The notes beneath the pieces were generated by a model that searched no databases, was not told the DNA's origin, and saw nothing but the letters and a program-made list of their open reading frames with translations. This document shows positions 38,199-48,290 of a stretch of DNA of 62,017 bases, piece after piece. This DNA is from Treponemataceae bacterium (lineage in GTDB: Bacteria; Spirochaetota; Spirochaetia; Treponematales; Rectinemataceae), in NCBI GenBank assembly GCA_963678065.2, contig CAXXVZ010000001.1:1-62017 (forward strand), given 5' to 3'. Each line of letters opens with the position of its first letter. Positions within the stretch are counted from its first letter, which is position 1. Both the position numbers and the translations under genes were made by a program.

Positions 38199-40223
38199 AT
38201 GAACATTCAGGCTCTCGAGAAGACCGCGCTTTCCGTGCGCAGCCTGACCATGGACGCGATCCAGGCCGCCAATTCCGGCCACCCCGGCCTCCCCATGGGC
38301 TGCGCCGAACTCGGCGCCTTCCTCTACGGATGCGCCATGAAGTACGACCCCGAAGCCCCCGCCTGGCTCGACCGCGACCGCTTCGTCCTCTCCGGCGGCC
38401 ACGGTTCCATGTTCCTCTACTCCATGCTCCACCTCGCGGGATTCGGCGTCAGCCTCGACGAGATCAAGAAATTCCGCCAGATCGGGAGCCGCTGCGCCGG
38501 CCATCCCGAGTACGGCGCCGTGCCCGGAATCGAGACGACGACCGGCCCCCTCGGCCAGGGAATCGCCACCGCCGTCGGCATGGCCATCGCCGAGCGCATG
38601 ATGGAGGCCAAGTTCAACACCGCCACCAGAAAAATCGTCGACCACTACACCTACGTCCTCGCGGGCGACGGATGCTTCCAGGAAGGCGTCTCCGCCGAGG
38701 CCAGCTCCCTCGCCGGCCACCTCAAACTGGACAAACTCGTCGTCTTCTACGACTCCAACCAGATCACCATAGATGGAAGCACGAGCGTATCCTTCACCGA
38801 GGATGTCGGCGCCCGCTACGAAGCCTACGGCTGGAAGGTCCTGCGCGGCTCCATGTACGACTTCGCCGGCCTCGAGAGGCTCGTGGCGGAGGCCAAAGCC
38901 GAGACCGCCAGGCCCAAACTCGTCATCCTCCAGAGCATCATCGGCAAGGGCGCTCCCACCAAGCAGGGAACCCACGGCGTCCACGGTTCTCCCCTCGGCG
39001 ACGAGGAGATCGCGAAGGCCAAGGCCGGTCTCGGCATCCCTGCCGACGCGAAGTTCTATGTCGCCCCGGAAGCTTACGCCTTTTTCGAGACCCGGAAGAA
39101 GGAACTCGCCGCCGCGCGCGTGGCCTGGGACAAGGAATTCACTTCGTGGAAGTCCGAGAACCCCGCGCTCGCCCATGAGCTCGCGACCTGGATCGCCGGG
39201 AAGCCCGTCAACGTACCCGCCATGCCCGAGTACAAGGAGGGCGAGAAAATCGCCACCCGCAACGCCTCAGGCAAGACCCTCGCGGCCGTCGCCGCGGCCT
39301 GGCCCAACTTCGTCGGCGGATCGGCCGACCTGACCGGCCCGAACGTGACCCAGATCCCCGCCGTCCCGGGCTGCCCCGCCAACGTCGTGTTCTCGGCCTC
39401 CAACCCCGGCGGCCGCATGATCCACTTCGGTGTCCGCGAGCACGGCATGGCCGCCATCGCCAACGGCATCAGCCTCCACGGCGGCTTCAGACCCTTCATC
39501 GCCACCTTCCTCGTCTTCGCCGACTACCTCAGACCTTCTCTGCGTCTGGCCGCCCTCATGAAGCAGCCCGTCATCTACGTTCTGACCCACGACTCGGTCT
39601 TCGTCGGAGAGGACGGCCCGACCCACCAGCCCATCGAACAGCTCGCGAGCCTCCGCGCCATCCCGAACGTCACCGTACTCCGCCCCGCGGACGCCCAGGA
39701 GACCGTGGCGGCCTGGAAGATGGCCATGGAGAAAAAGGACGGTCCCGTCGTCATCGCGCTGACCCGCCAGAACCTCCCCGTCTTCGCCAAGGCCGATCCG
39801 GACTGGCAGGAGACCATGAAGCTCGGCGCATACGTCGTCCAGAACCCGGCCACCGAGCCCGACACCGTCGTCGTCGCGACCGGCTCCGAAGTCTCCCTCG
39901 CCCTCGAGGCGGTCGCCCTGGCGACTTCCGCCGCTGCCGCAAAGGGCGCCACCGAAGGCGCTCCGGCCAGATCCATCCGCGTCGTCTCCATGCCGAGCCG
40001 CGAGACCTTCTACGCCGCCCCCGCGCCCGTCCGCGAAGCCATCGTGCCGAAGTCGGCCCGCGTCGTCGTGGCCGAGGCCGGAATCGCGATGGGCTGGGAG
40101 CGCATTGCGAGGCCCGAAGATATCCTCTCCATCGACCGCTTCGGCGAATCCGGCCCCGGAGACCAGGTGGCCCGCCACCTCGGGCTCACTGCCCAGGCCC
40201 TCGCCGACATCATCGCGCGCTGA
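38199..40223 (+). CDS. tkt: Transketolase
   Basis: SGHPGLPMG, RDRFVLSGGH, TTGPLGQG, GDGCFQEG, GVREHGM, GEDGPTHQP. Confidence 0.98.
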   Translation: MNIQALEKTALSVRSLTMDAIQAANSGHPGLPMGCAELGAFLYGCAMKYDPEAPAWLDRDRFVLSGGHGSMFLYSMLHLAGFGVSLDEIKKFRQIGSRCAGHPEYGAVPGIETTTGPLGQGIATAVGMAIAERMMEAKFNTATRKIVDHYTYVLAGDGCFQEGVSAEASSLAGHLKLDKLVVFYDSNQITIDGSTSVSFTEDVGARYEAYGWKVLRGSMYDFAGLERLVAEAKAETARPKLVILQSIIGKGAPTKQGTHGVHGSPLGDEEIAKAKAGLGIPADAKFYVAPEAYAFFETRKKELAAARVAWDKEFTSWKSENPALAHELATWIAGKPVNVPAMPEYKEGEKIATRNASGKTLAAVAAAWPNFVGGSADLTGPNVTQIPAVPGCPANVVFSASNPGGRMIHFGVREHGMAAIANGISLHGGFRPFIATFLVFADYLRPSLRLAALMKQPVIYVLTHDSVFVGEDGPTHQPIEQLASLRAIPNVTVLRPADAQETVAAWKMAMEKKDGPVVIALTRQNLPVFAKADPDWQETMKLGAYVVQNPATEPDTVVVATGSEVSLALEAVALATSAAAAKGATEGAPARSIRVVSMPSRETFYAAPAPVREAIVPKSARVVVAEAGIAMGWERIARPEDILSIDRFGESGPGDQVARHLGLTAQALADIIAR

Positions 40224-40230
40224 CCGCCTT

Positions 40231-40273
40231 CGGCGGGCCGCACCCTCTCCGAAGGGTACGGCCCGCCGTTTTT
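40231..40273 (+). terminator. Intrinsic terminator of tkt
   Basis: CGGCGGGCCG...CGGCCCGCCG extended stem followed by T5. Confidence 0.8.
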
Positions 40274-40399
40274 GTGACAACTTTTCATGTTCTGCGCTTA
40301 TTTTCGGAAATGTTTCCTGGCAGGTATTCAAGCACAATACAAATTCATGATTACAACAATTTGCGATGCAATCGCTTACTTCAGTCGCGTTAGTGCAAT

Positions 40400-40627
40400 C
40401 TATCCAGACCAATATTCAGAGGAAGGTAATAGATCTTCGCGGGGAAACAATATGTGAAAAAAATCCCCCTGAATCGGGAAGAGCGAAGTGGTTGAAGTTT
40501 TGTTCACCACATTGGCGCGAATATATTCTTCCAGCGCCAACCTGATGACCGCTGTTTTGGTCGTAACCCCGCTGAGAGTCATAGCCTCCTTCACAAGGGC
40601 ATCATCGAGATCGAAATCGACACCCAT
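40400..40627 (-). CDS. VapB-like ribbon-helix-helix antitoxin with no intact toxin; possibly degraded
   Basis: DLDDALVKEAMTLSGVTTKTAVIRLALEEYIR matches VapB-type RHH antitoxins; GGAGGT RBS; AT-rich context. Confidence 0.7.
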   Translation of the reverse strand: MGVDFDLDDALVKEAMTLSGVTTKTAVIRLALEEYIRANVVNKTSTTSLFPIQGDFFHILFPREDLLPSSEYWSG

Positions 40628-40831
40628 GATAGACCTCCATGCACACCTTGTAGTTTACGCGATTCCTGGAAAAAATCAATACACATAATAAATAATATAT
40701 AACATATTGCCGATACTTCTCGTGCTCAGCCACCGCGTTTCTGAGCATTTTACAATTACCCCGCATAGCAAAACACCTTTACGTTTTTCAGCTATTAGAT
40801 TGTTACCTATCGCCTGTATAGGAATTTTTTA

Positions 40832-40866
40832 TTGCACCAATCAAGAAACGGTGATAGAACATCACC
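40832..40866 (+). promoter_or_regulatory. Putative promoter plus operator upstream of the Fpg-like gene
   Basis: TTGCAC-17-TAGAAC with extended TG; perfect palindrome GGTGAT-N5-ATCACC (40850-40866) over the -10. Confidence 0.45.
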
Positions 40867-40891
40867 TATCGCATCGAGGAGAGGAGAGTCT

Positions 40892-41722
40892 ATGTTCGAA
40901 CTGCCGGAACTGTCCGTCATCGCCGCCCAGCTCGGCCGCTCCGTGTCGGACAAAAAAATCGCCGATGGGCGGCTCAAGAACGTCGCTCACCGCTTCGTGT
41001 GGCACAATGTCGACGAGGATTCTTTCCGCGCCCGCGTGCGCGGCAAAATCTTCGGGGCGGCGAGAGTTTTGGGGCGCTGGCTCTGCGTCGATCTGGAGCC
41101 AGGCGAAGTCCTCGTGATCGGGGAATGCGGCGGCGCGATCCGTTTCGGGCAGCCCGGCGAGGCTCGTCCCGCTGCCTGGCACCTCTTCATCGAATTCGAG
41201 GACTCTTCTTTCCTTTGGGCGAAAACGGGGATGTGGGGAGCATACGAACTCTACGCGGCTGGCGAGGAACTCAAGCGAATGTACATCGCGGACCAGAAAC
41301 CCGCGCCGGGCAGCCCCGGATTCACTCCCGACTATTTCCGCGCCCTCGTGCGCGCTCTCGCGGGCGAAGGAAAGCGGAGCGCAAAGTCTCTCCTCGTCCA
41401 GGACCAGCTCATTCCCGGCCTCGGAAACGCCATCGCCCAGGACATCCTCTTCGAGGCCGCACTGTCCCCGAAACGGAATATCGCGGATCTCGGCGAGGCC
41501 GAGATCGATGCCCTGTACAGGGCGATAAGCGGAAAAGTCCCGGAAATCGCGGCGGCCGGCGGCCGGAACGACGAGAGGGACCTCTTCGGAAATCCAGGCG
41601 GCTACCGCCGGATCATGGACTCCGCGGCGGCGGGCTCACCCTGTCCGCGCTGCGGCGCCACCGTCGCCTCGGGCAGCTATCTCGGCGGCGCCATCTACTG
41701 GTGTCCCGGCTGCCAGCTCTGA
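40892..41722 (+). CDS. Fpg/Nei family DNA glycosylase-like protein, non-canonical N-terminus
   Basis: MFELPE; H2TH KSLLVQDQLIPGLGNAIAQDILF; C-terminal zinc finger CPRC...CPGCQ. Confidence 0.88.
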   Translation: MFELPELSVIAAQLGRSVSDKKIADGRLKNVAHRFVWHNVDEDSFRARVRGKIFGAARVLGRWLCVDLEPGEVLVIGECGGAIRFGQPGEARPAAWHLFIEFEDSSFLWAKTGMWGAYELYAAGEELKRMYIADQKPAPGSPGFTPDYFRALVRALAGEGKRSAKSLLVQDQLIPGLGNAIAQDILFEAALSPKRNIADLGEAEIDALYRAISGKVPEIAAAGGRNDERDLFGNPGGYRRIMDSAAAGSPCPRCGATVASGSYLGGAIYWCPGCQL

Positions 41723-41741
41723 GCCGGCTGCCGAGGCGGCT

Positions 41742-43427
41742 TCAGCGCTCCAACTTCCTGTAGACGATCCTGTGCGGCCTGTCCGCGTCGGCGCCGAGCT
41801 TCTCGCGGCGCCACTGTGCAAACTCGGACCAGTTGCCGTCGTACCAGATAGCCTCGCTGTCGCCCTCGAAGGCGAGAATGTGGGTGCAGACCCTGTCCAG
41901 GAACCAGCGGTCGTGGCTGACCACGAGGGCGCAGCCTGCGAAGCTGTCGAGGGCCTCTTCGAGGGCGCGCATCGTGTTGACGTCGAGATCGTTCGTCGGC
42001 TCGTCGAGGAGGAGCACGTTGGCGCAGTCTTTGACCATCATGGCCAGGTTCAGCCGGTTGCGCTCGCCGCCCGAGAGAATGCCGACCTTCTTCTGCTGGT
42101 CGTTGCCCGAAAAATTGAACCAGGAGCAGTAGGCGCGCGAATTGACCTCGCGCTTGCCGCCCAGGTTGATGAGGTCGAGGCCGCCTGAAAGCTGTTCCCA
42201 GACCGTCTTCTCCGGATCGAGACTCCCGCGCATCTGGTCGGCGTAGGCCAGTTTGACCGTGTCGCCGAGGCGGATCGAACCCGCATCCGGACTCTCCATC
42301 CCCGCAATCAGCTTCAGGAGAGTAGTCTTTCCGGCGCCGTTCGGCCCGATGAGTCCGACAACGGCTCCCGGCGGAACCTCGAAGTCGAGATTCTCGAAGA
42401 GGATCTTCTCGTCGTAGGCTTTCGCGAGCCCTTTCGCCGCAATGACGACCGAGCCGAGCCGGGGTCCGGCGGGAATGAATATCTTCGTCTCCTTGACCTT
42501 CTCCCTGCCGTCGTCGGCGAGGAGTTTTTCGTAGCGCTCGATGCGGGCCTTGGACTTCGCGTGCCTGCCCCTGGCGGACATGCCGATCCACTCGAGCTCG
42601 CGCTCCAGGGTTCTGGCGCGCTCGGAGTCGCCCTTCTCTTCCTGATCGAGGCGCTTCTTCTTCTGGTCGAGCCAGCTGGAGTAGTTACCCTTGTACGGAA
42701 TGCCCTCGCCGCGGTCCAGCTCGAGAATCCAGCCCGCGACGTTGTCGAGAAAGTAGCGGTCGTGCGTGACCGCGATGACCGTGCCCGCGTACTCGTTGAG
42801 GTGACGCTCGAGCCAGGCGATTGTCTCGGCGTCGAGATGGTTCGTGGGCTCATCGAGGAGGAGGATGTCCGGTTTTTTGAGAAGGAGACGGCAGAGGGCG
42901 ACGCGGCGGCGCTCGCCTCCTGAGAGGTTATCGACGACCTTGTCGGCCGGCGGACAGCGCAGCGCGTCCATGGCGAAATCGAGGCGGGTGTCGAGATCCC
43001 AGGCCTCGCAGGCGTCGAGCTTTTCCTGGATCTTGGCCTGTTTCTCGGCGAGTTTGTCGAAGTCCGCGTCGGGATCGCCGAAGGCCTCGTTGATCCGGTC
43101 GAACTCGGCGAGGAGGTCGACGGTTTCCTGCACGCCCTCGCTGACGATCTGTCTGACCGTCTTTCCGGGCTCGAGGTGGGGCTCCTGCTCGAGGAAACCG
43201 ATCGTGTATCCGGGCGCGCAGGAAGTTTCGCCCGCGAACTCCGTGTCCGTCCCCGCGAGGATTCGCAGGAGGCTCGATTTTCCCGAACCGTTGAGCCCTA
43301 TGACGCCGATCTTGGCGCCGTAGTAATACGAGAGGCTTATGTCCTTGAGGACCTGTTTGGTACCGTGTCGCTTGGACACCCGGTACATCGTGTAGATGAT
43401 TTTCTTGTCGTCGACTGTGCTTGCCAT
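41742..43427 (-). CDS. ettA: ABC-F translational throttle protein EttA
   Basis: LKDISLSYYYGAKIGVIGLNGSGKS, two NBDs, LERELEWI, PAGPRLG, PHRIVYRKL. Confidence 0.95.
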   Translation of the reverse strand: MASTVDDKKIIYTMYRVSKRHGTKQVLKDISLSYYYGAKIGVIGLNGSGKSSLLRILAGTDTEFAGETSCAPGYTIGFLEQEPHLEPGKTVRQIVSEGVQETVDLLAEFDRINEAFGDPDADFDKLAEKQAKIQEKLDACEAWDLDTRLDFAMDALRCPPADKVVDNLSGGERRRVALCRLLLKKPDILLLDEPTNHLDAETIAWLERHLNEYAGTVIAVTHDRYFLDNVAGWILELDRGEGIPYKGNYSSWLDQKKKRLDQEEKGDSERARTLERELEWIGMSARGRHAKSKARIERYEKLLADDGREKVKETKIFIPAGPRLGSVVIAAKGLAKAYDEKILFENLDFEVPPGAVVGLIGPNGAGKTTLLKLIAGMESPDAGSIRLGDTVKLAYADQMRGSLDPEKTVWEQLSGGLDLINLGGKREVNSRAYCSWFNFSGNDQQKKVGILSGGERNRLNLAMMVKDCANVLLLDEPTNDLDVNTMRALEEALDSFAGCALVVSHDRWFLDRVCTHILAFEGDSEAIWYDGNWSEFAQWRREKLGADADRPHRIVYRKLER

Positions 43428-43508
43428 GTGTCGAGTATATCTGAAAATGCCCACACGGGTGTAGCCGTGCGGACGCGGGGATGCAGCCATCCCCGCCGGC
43501 AAAGCCGC

Positions 43509-44312
43509 CTAGAGTGAGTTGTCGAAATTGCGGGATTCTATATCCTTGAAGTAGCGCACCGTCCCGACCCTGAGCTCCATGGTCGCGTCCTCGTCGCAGA
43601 CGACGATGCCGCGCGGGTGCAGTTGCAGGCAGGAGACCGTCCAGAGATGGTTGACGCCCTCCTCGATGGCGTGGCTGAGGGCGCGCGCCTTGTTCATGCC
43701 CGTGACGAGGATGAGGACTTCCTTCGCGTCCATCACCGTGCCGACGCCGACCGTGAGCGCAGTCTCCGGCACTTTCGAAGGGTCTCCACCGAAGAAGCGC
43801 GAGTTGACGAGGCGGGTGTCGCGGGTGAGGGTCTTCATGCGGGTTCTCGACTTGAGGGAAGAGCCGGGCTCGTTGAAGGCGAGGTGTCCGTCGGCACCCA
43901 CGCCGCCAAGGAAAAGGTCGACTCCGCCGGCCGCCTTCATCGCGGCCTCGTAGCGCTCGCACTCCGCTTCGGGATCGGGGGCCATGCCGTCCAGGATGTG
44001 GACATTTTCCGGCCTGATGTCGATACGCGAGAAGAGATTGTTCCACATGAAGCTGTGGTAGCTCTCGGGGTGTTCGGCGGGGAGCCCGACATATTCGTCC
44101 ATATTGAAAGTGACGACATTCCTGAAGGAAACCTTGCCCGCCTGGTACAGGACGATGAGCTTGGCGTAGGTTCCCAGCGGCGAGGAACCGGTCGGCAATC
44201 CGAGGACGAAGGGTTTCTGCGGCGTCGGGGCGGCGTCGACGATGCGCGCGGCGATGTAGTTGGCCGCCCAGTCCGCGACACTGTCCTGGTCTGGGCGAAT
44301 TATCATTCTCAT
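43509..44312 (-). CDS. nagB: Glucosamine-6-phosphate deaminase
   Basis: [31 protein letters not shown]. Confidence 0.97.
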   Translation of the reverse strand: MRMIIRPDQDSVADWAANYIAARIVDAAPTPQKPFVLGLPTGSSPLGTYAKLIVLYQAGKVSFRNVVTFNMDEYVGLPAEHPESYHSFMWNNLFSRIDIRPENVHILDGMAPDPEAECERYEAAMKAAGGVDLFLGGVGADGHLAFNEPGSSLKSRTRMKTLTRDTRLVNSRFFGGDPSKVPETALTVGVGTVMDAKEVLILVTGMNKARALSHAIEEGVNHLWTVSCLQLHPRGIVVCDEDATMELRVGTVRYFKDIESRNFDNSL

Positions 44313-44345
44313 GGGATCCTCCGGAAAAAATCAGAAATCGTCCAT

Positions 44346-45515
44346 TCAGAAGTCGTTCCGGACGAAATCTCCGCCGACAAGGCAGATTCGCGGCCGGAAC
44401 TCTCTGTCGAATACTACCACATCGGCCACATAGCCAGGAGACAAAACACCTTTCTTGGCCAGGCCGAGGATGCGCGCAGGGTTGGCGCTCGCCATCTTGA
44501 CGGCGTTTTCCATACCTATGCCCAGGTCGACGAGGTTGTGCACGCCTTCCATCATCGTGAGGGCGCTCCCCGCGATGACGTCGTCCGCCTTGCGGTGGAA
44601 AATGCCTTCGTTGAAATAGACTTCCTCGTGGTTGGCGAAGAAGGGGCCCTCCGTCTGTTCCGTAGGCTTCAGGGAATCGGTCACGAGGACGATGTTCGAG
44701 TCCGGCTTGTCCCGCACGAGGAGTCGGACGAGGTCGGGGTGGACATGGTGGCCGTCGGCGATGATTTCGCAGGAGAGTTCGGGGTGGATGAGGATGGCGC
44801 CGACGGCGCCGGGGTTTCTCTGATGAAGGCGGCTCATGGCGTTGAAGAAGTGCGTCGAGTGCCTGATGCCCGCCTGCATTCCCTCCACCATGTTTTCGTA
44901 GGTGGCGTCGGTGTGGCCGGCCTGCAGGGTTATACCTTTCTTGATACAGTACAGGGCAAGCTCGCGCATGCCCTTGAGCTCGGGTGCAACAGTCATGGAG
45001 ATGATGTGGCCCTCGCCAGCCCGCCAGAGCCTCTCCATGAGCTCGATATCGACGTTCTTTACGAACTCGGGCCGCTGGACGCCGAGTCTGAGGGGCGAGA
45101 TGAAGGGACCTTCGAGGTGGATGCCGAGCACCTTGGCCCCGGGCTCCATGCCGATGGCCGCGAAACAAGCCCGGATGGCCGAGATCATGTCCTCTTCCGA
45201 CATGGGGTAGAGGGTCGGACAGAAGGAAGTCACCCCGTAGCGGCCGAGTTCCTCCGACATGCCGAGGATGGAGTCGACGGAGAGGTCTTCCGTGCCATAG
45301 CCGCGGAAACCGTGGATGTGGGTGTCGATGAGCCCCGGAGAGAGGAACATTCCTTCGGCGTCGATGACCGTGTCGCCGGGGCCGAAGCTTTTGCGCTCGA
45401 ATCTGCGTTCGGAAAAAACATCGGCAATCAGTCCGTCCTCAATGAGGATGGCGCTCTGATCCATGCGCGCGTATCCCGAGAGAACCGTGGCATTGTGAAT
45501 GCAGATGCTCGACAT
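44346..45515 (-). CDS. nagA: N-acetylglucosamine-6-phosphate deacetylase
   Basis: PGLIDTHIHG, GIHLEGPF, TVAPE, GHTDA, THFFNAM, IADGHHVHP, LVTDS, IAGS. Confidence 0.96.
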   Translation of the reverse strand: MSSICIHNATVLSGYARMDQSAILIEDGLIADVFSERRFERKSFGPGDTVIDAEGMFLSPGLIDTHIHGFRGYGTEDLSVDSILGMSEELGRYGVTSFCPTLYPMSEEDMISAIRACFAAIGMEPGAKVLGIHLEGPFISPLRLGVQRPEFVKNVDIELMERLWRAGEGHIISMTVAPELKGMRELALYCIKKGITLQAGHTDATYENMVEGMQAGIRHSTHFFNAMSRLHQRNPGAVGAILIHPELSCEIIADGHHVHPDLVRLLVRDKPDSNIVLVTDSLKPTEQTEGPFFANHEEVYFNEGIFHRKADDVIAGSALTMMEGVHNLVDLGIGMENAVKMASANPARILGLAKKGVLSPGYVADVVVFDREFRPRICLVGGDFVRNDF

Positions 45516-45685
45516 TCTCTTCCCCCCCCGTCATCCTGAATCGCCCTTCAGGATGAGCATATACATAAAATCGATCAAAGCACAGCGGCTGACAAGCCCC
45601 TATAATGAAACGGGCCGTCCGAAGACGGCCCGCAGATAGTCCGGAACGATGAACTCCGCTCCAGAGACAGTGGGAACTACGCGGT

Positions 45686-45724
45686 CGCGCACTAAGTCGC
45701 GAACTCAAGGCGACTTAGCGCGCG
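45686..45724. repeat. Intergenic palindrome (REP-like hairpin or terminator)
   Basis: CGCGC-A-CTAAGTCGC-9nt-GCGACTTAG-C-GCGCG, downstream of the TPR gene. Confidence 0.6.
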
Positions 45725-45771
45725 GGATCAAGGCCCGGCAGCGCGCAGCGAAGCATGAAACCCACCCGCGA

Positions 45772-47319
45772 TCAGGGAGTGGTCGGAGCCGCGGGCGTGG
45801 CTTCCGCCGGTGCGGTCTCCCCGGTTTCGCTCGCGGAAGAGGTCGTGTCGGTCTCCGTTCCCGTTGTCGCAGCTGCGGCAGGCTCGGTGACAGCGGGAGT
45901 CGCGCTTTCAGCCTGGGCTTCGGCGGCGCCGGCTTCTCCGGACTGGGCCTCTCCGGGTGCAGGACCTTCCATGGACTGTTTCATTTTTCCGCGAAGATCG
46001 GTGATGGTCGCGAAGACCTGACTGTCGGGCGGCAAAACCTTTTTGAAATTCTCTTCGGCCGAATCCATGGTCGCGAGAGCGGCGGCAAAATCTTCCGGTG
46101 CCTGGGCCAACTCCGCCTGAAGGAGGGATTTGTAGAAAAAGAGAGTCCCGAGGACCTGCGGACTCTCCGCGTGGCGGACGAGTCCCCTCTCAAGGAAGGC
46201 CAGGGCCGGCTCGGGCTTTTCCTCGGAGAGCCAGCTGGAAACGAGAGACCTGACTACGTTGGGGTCGCCCTGGCTCTTGGTCAGAAGGGAATCGGCCTGT
46301 ATCGCGGCGGCCTCTTCCTCGCCCTTGCGAACCGAGAGGAGGTGCCGGATGAGTCCCGGCACCGAATCGTCCGGATTCTCGTTCTGCATGGCCGTGAGAT
46401 AGCTCTCAGTCCTCTCTCCGTCCTGGGCACCGACAGAGGTCTGGATCGCAAACATGTAGATGTCGTTTTTCAGCTGCGCCTCGACATTCGAGGCGATGAG
46501 GGTGTTGATCTCGGTGTATGCCTCTTCGGTCTTGCCATCGGCAACCAGACTCTTGGCGAAGTTGAAGCGGGCCTGAGCGTCTTCCGGGTTGAGGGCGAGA
46601 TATTTTCCGAGCACGGTGCCGGCTGCGGCGTTGTTGCCGGACTTGAGGAGGACTTCCCCCTGCCTGAACAGGGTCTGGTCGTCGTATGCCTCGCCTGCGA
46701 TAGCCCTCTCGTAATTCTCTAGGATCTTCAGGGATACCGCTTGGTCATCCTCCACCCACTGTCCCGAATAGTTGGTCAGCACTTCGAAATAGTAATCGCC
46801 CAGCACTTTGTACAGGACGGGAGGAAGAGTGACTCCCGCGGCTTCGATCGCGGCCGAGAGGGTTCCCGGATCGAAATCCACAGGCTCGGCGTTCTCGGCC
46901 CCGACCATTCTGACCATATTGAGGTCTTTGCCCGGTTCGAGGTCGACGAAGGCGAATACCATGTGCATGTAGGTCTGCGCGTTGCCTTTGAGGGCGATTT
47001 CCGTCTTCATGGCTAGGGCGAAGGGATCGGCGTTGGTGGGATCGAAGTCCTGCATGGCCTTGAATGCGCTGGCCCACTTCCCTTCGTCGGCGAGTCCCGA
47101 CGCGGTGCGCAGCGCGGTCATGGTGGCTTCCGGAACGTCATTGAAGAATGCCAGCAGGTTCTGGCTGACCGGCACTTGGGGAGGCAGGCTCGGTGCCGCG
47201 GGAGCCGCCGGGGCGGTCTGGGTTTCGGCGGCGGGGGTGGCTTCCTGGGCGAAGGCCGGAAGGGCCAGAGCAAAGAGCGACAGGAGAACCACGAATGACG
47301 TGGTGATGATTCTGTTCAT
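45772..47319 (-). CDS. Exported acidic TPR-repeat protein
   Basis: Signal peptide (LPAFA-QE); YLALNPEDAQARFNFAKSL TPR-like helices; Ala/Pro/Thr/Glu-rich termini. Confidence 0.75.
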   Translation of the reverse strand: MNRIITTSFVVLLSLFALALPAFAQEATPAAETQTAPAAPAAPSLPPQVPVSQNLLAFFNDVPEATMTALRTASGLADEGKWASAFKAMQDFDPTNADPFALAMKTEIALKGNAQTYMHMVFAFVDLEPGKDLNMVRMVGAENAEPVDFDPGTLSAAIEAAGVTLPPVLYKVLGDYYFEVLTNYSGQWVEDDQAVSLKILENYERAIAGEAYDDQTLFRQGEVLLKSGNNAAAGTVLGKYLALNPEDAQARFNFAKSLVADGKTEEAYTEINTLIASNVEAQLKNDIYMFAIQTSVGAQDGERTESYLTAMQNENPDDSVPGLIRHLLSVRKGEEEAAAIQADSLLTKSQGDPNVVRSLVSSWLSEEKPEPALAFLERGLVRHAESPQVLGTLFFYKSLLQAELAQAPEDFAAALATMDSAEENFKKVLPPDSQVFATITDLRGKMKQSMEGPAPGEAQSGEAGAAEAQAESATPAVTEPAAAATTGTETDTTSSASETGETAPAEATPAAPTTP

Positions 47320-47532
47320 TTCAACTCCTATACACAGAGAAAAAAGGGTTTCGGCCATGGGCCGTAGAGCGCGATCCGTCCGGCACCACGGGCCTGTTGT
47401 CTTCCCTAAACGTTACCGAGGGTACTGTGCGGCGGTCAAGGAGTATAACATCTTTACCGTCACGAAGTATCATGGATATTGAACAAAATCGCTGTCGTGG
47501 CTATCATCCCCGCGCTTCAGGAAAACCGCAGC

Positions 47533-48192
47533 ATGATAGCCGACCTCCGCTTCGACGAACTCGAAACCATCCACGCCCGCATCGAATCAGATCGGTCCGC
47601 GTTTCTCGCGCGGCTTGCCGGAAAGGGAACGCGCCTGGCATGCCCCGCGGGATGCGGGTGCTGCTGCCTCGGTTTCATGCCCGATCTCACCGGCACCGAA
47701 GCGGCTTACATGGCCAGCTATCTTCTCGACATAGTTCCGGACATCGACAACCCGGAGGATATTGAGGGACTCGCCCTGCGTCTGGGCAAAAAAGAACCTG
47801 GATCTCCGGTCAAGGGCTCCTGTCCTTTCCACGATTCCTCACGGCGCGGACAAAACTGCCTCATCTATCCCGCCCGCCCCCTCATCTGTCGGCTCTTCGG
47901 TTTCTCGGCCATGCGGGACAAGTGGGGAGAGCCGACATTCACGCTGTGCCGACACATGCCTTCTCCTCTTGGAGAATACGAGGAACAGCTCCGCGGAGTG
48001 AGTGGCCGCGCATCATCCTGGTTCACCGATTCCGGGATTCCTGTCATGTCCGACTACGCGCCCGCCACACCCGCCTCCAACCACGGCGACGACAGACCGG
48101 GGAAGCTTCTCGACGAGATCCTGCCCGAACAGATCCACAGGCTCGCTCTGCAGAGGAAATACCTCGCCTGCGCCGACGATCTGGCTTCCTGA
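47533..48192 (+). CDS. YkgJ family cysteine-cluster protein (CxxCxxCC)
   Basis: CPAGCGCCC, CPFH, CLIYPARPLICRLFG. Confidence 0.88.
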   Translation: MIADLRFDELETIHARIESDRSAFLARLAGKGTRLACPAGCGCCCLGFMPDLTGTEAAYMASYLLDIVPDIDNPEDIEGLALRLGKKEPGSPVKGSCPFHDSSRRGQNCLIYPARPLICRLFGFSAMRDKWGEPTFTLCRHMPSPLGEYEEQLRGVSGRASSWFTDSGIPVMSDYAPATPASNHGDDRPGKLLDEILPEQIHRLALQRKYLACADDLAS

Positions 48193-48290
48193 CAACGACG
48201 GCCGCAGGCACATCTTTCGGGTGCTTTTCACTTCCTCCGGCCGGGATTATATTCAAACTGTTGAATATCCTGAAACCGCCGAGAGGAACC

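Noticed and set aside
36172..38202. 676-aa ORF overlapping uvrC, and similar long shadows over ftsK, the ABC-2 permease, ygiQ and hydA
   Set aside because: Low-complexity Arg-rich frames caused by stop-codon scarcity
40707..41117. 136-aa ORF in the AT-rich patch
   Set aside because: TTG start without RBS, no motifs, overlaps the Fpg-like gene and its promoter
42928..45539. 746-aa and 640-aa alternative-frame ORFs over ettA/nagB/nagA
   Set aside because: Arg/Pro/Gly-rich off-frame or antisense translations overlapping well-supported genes
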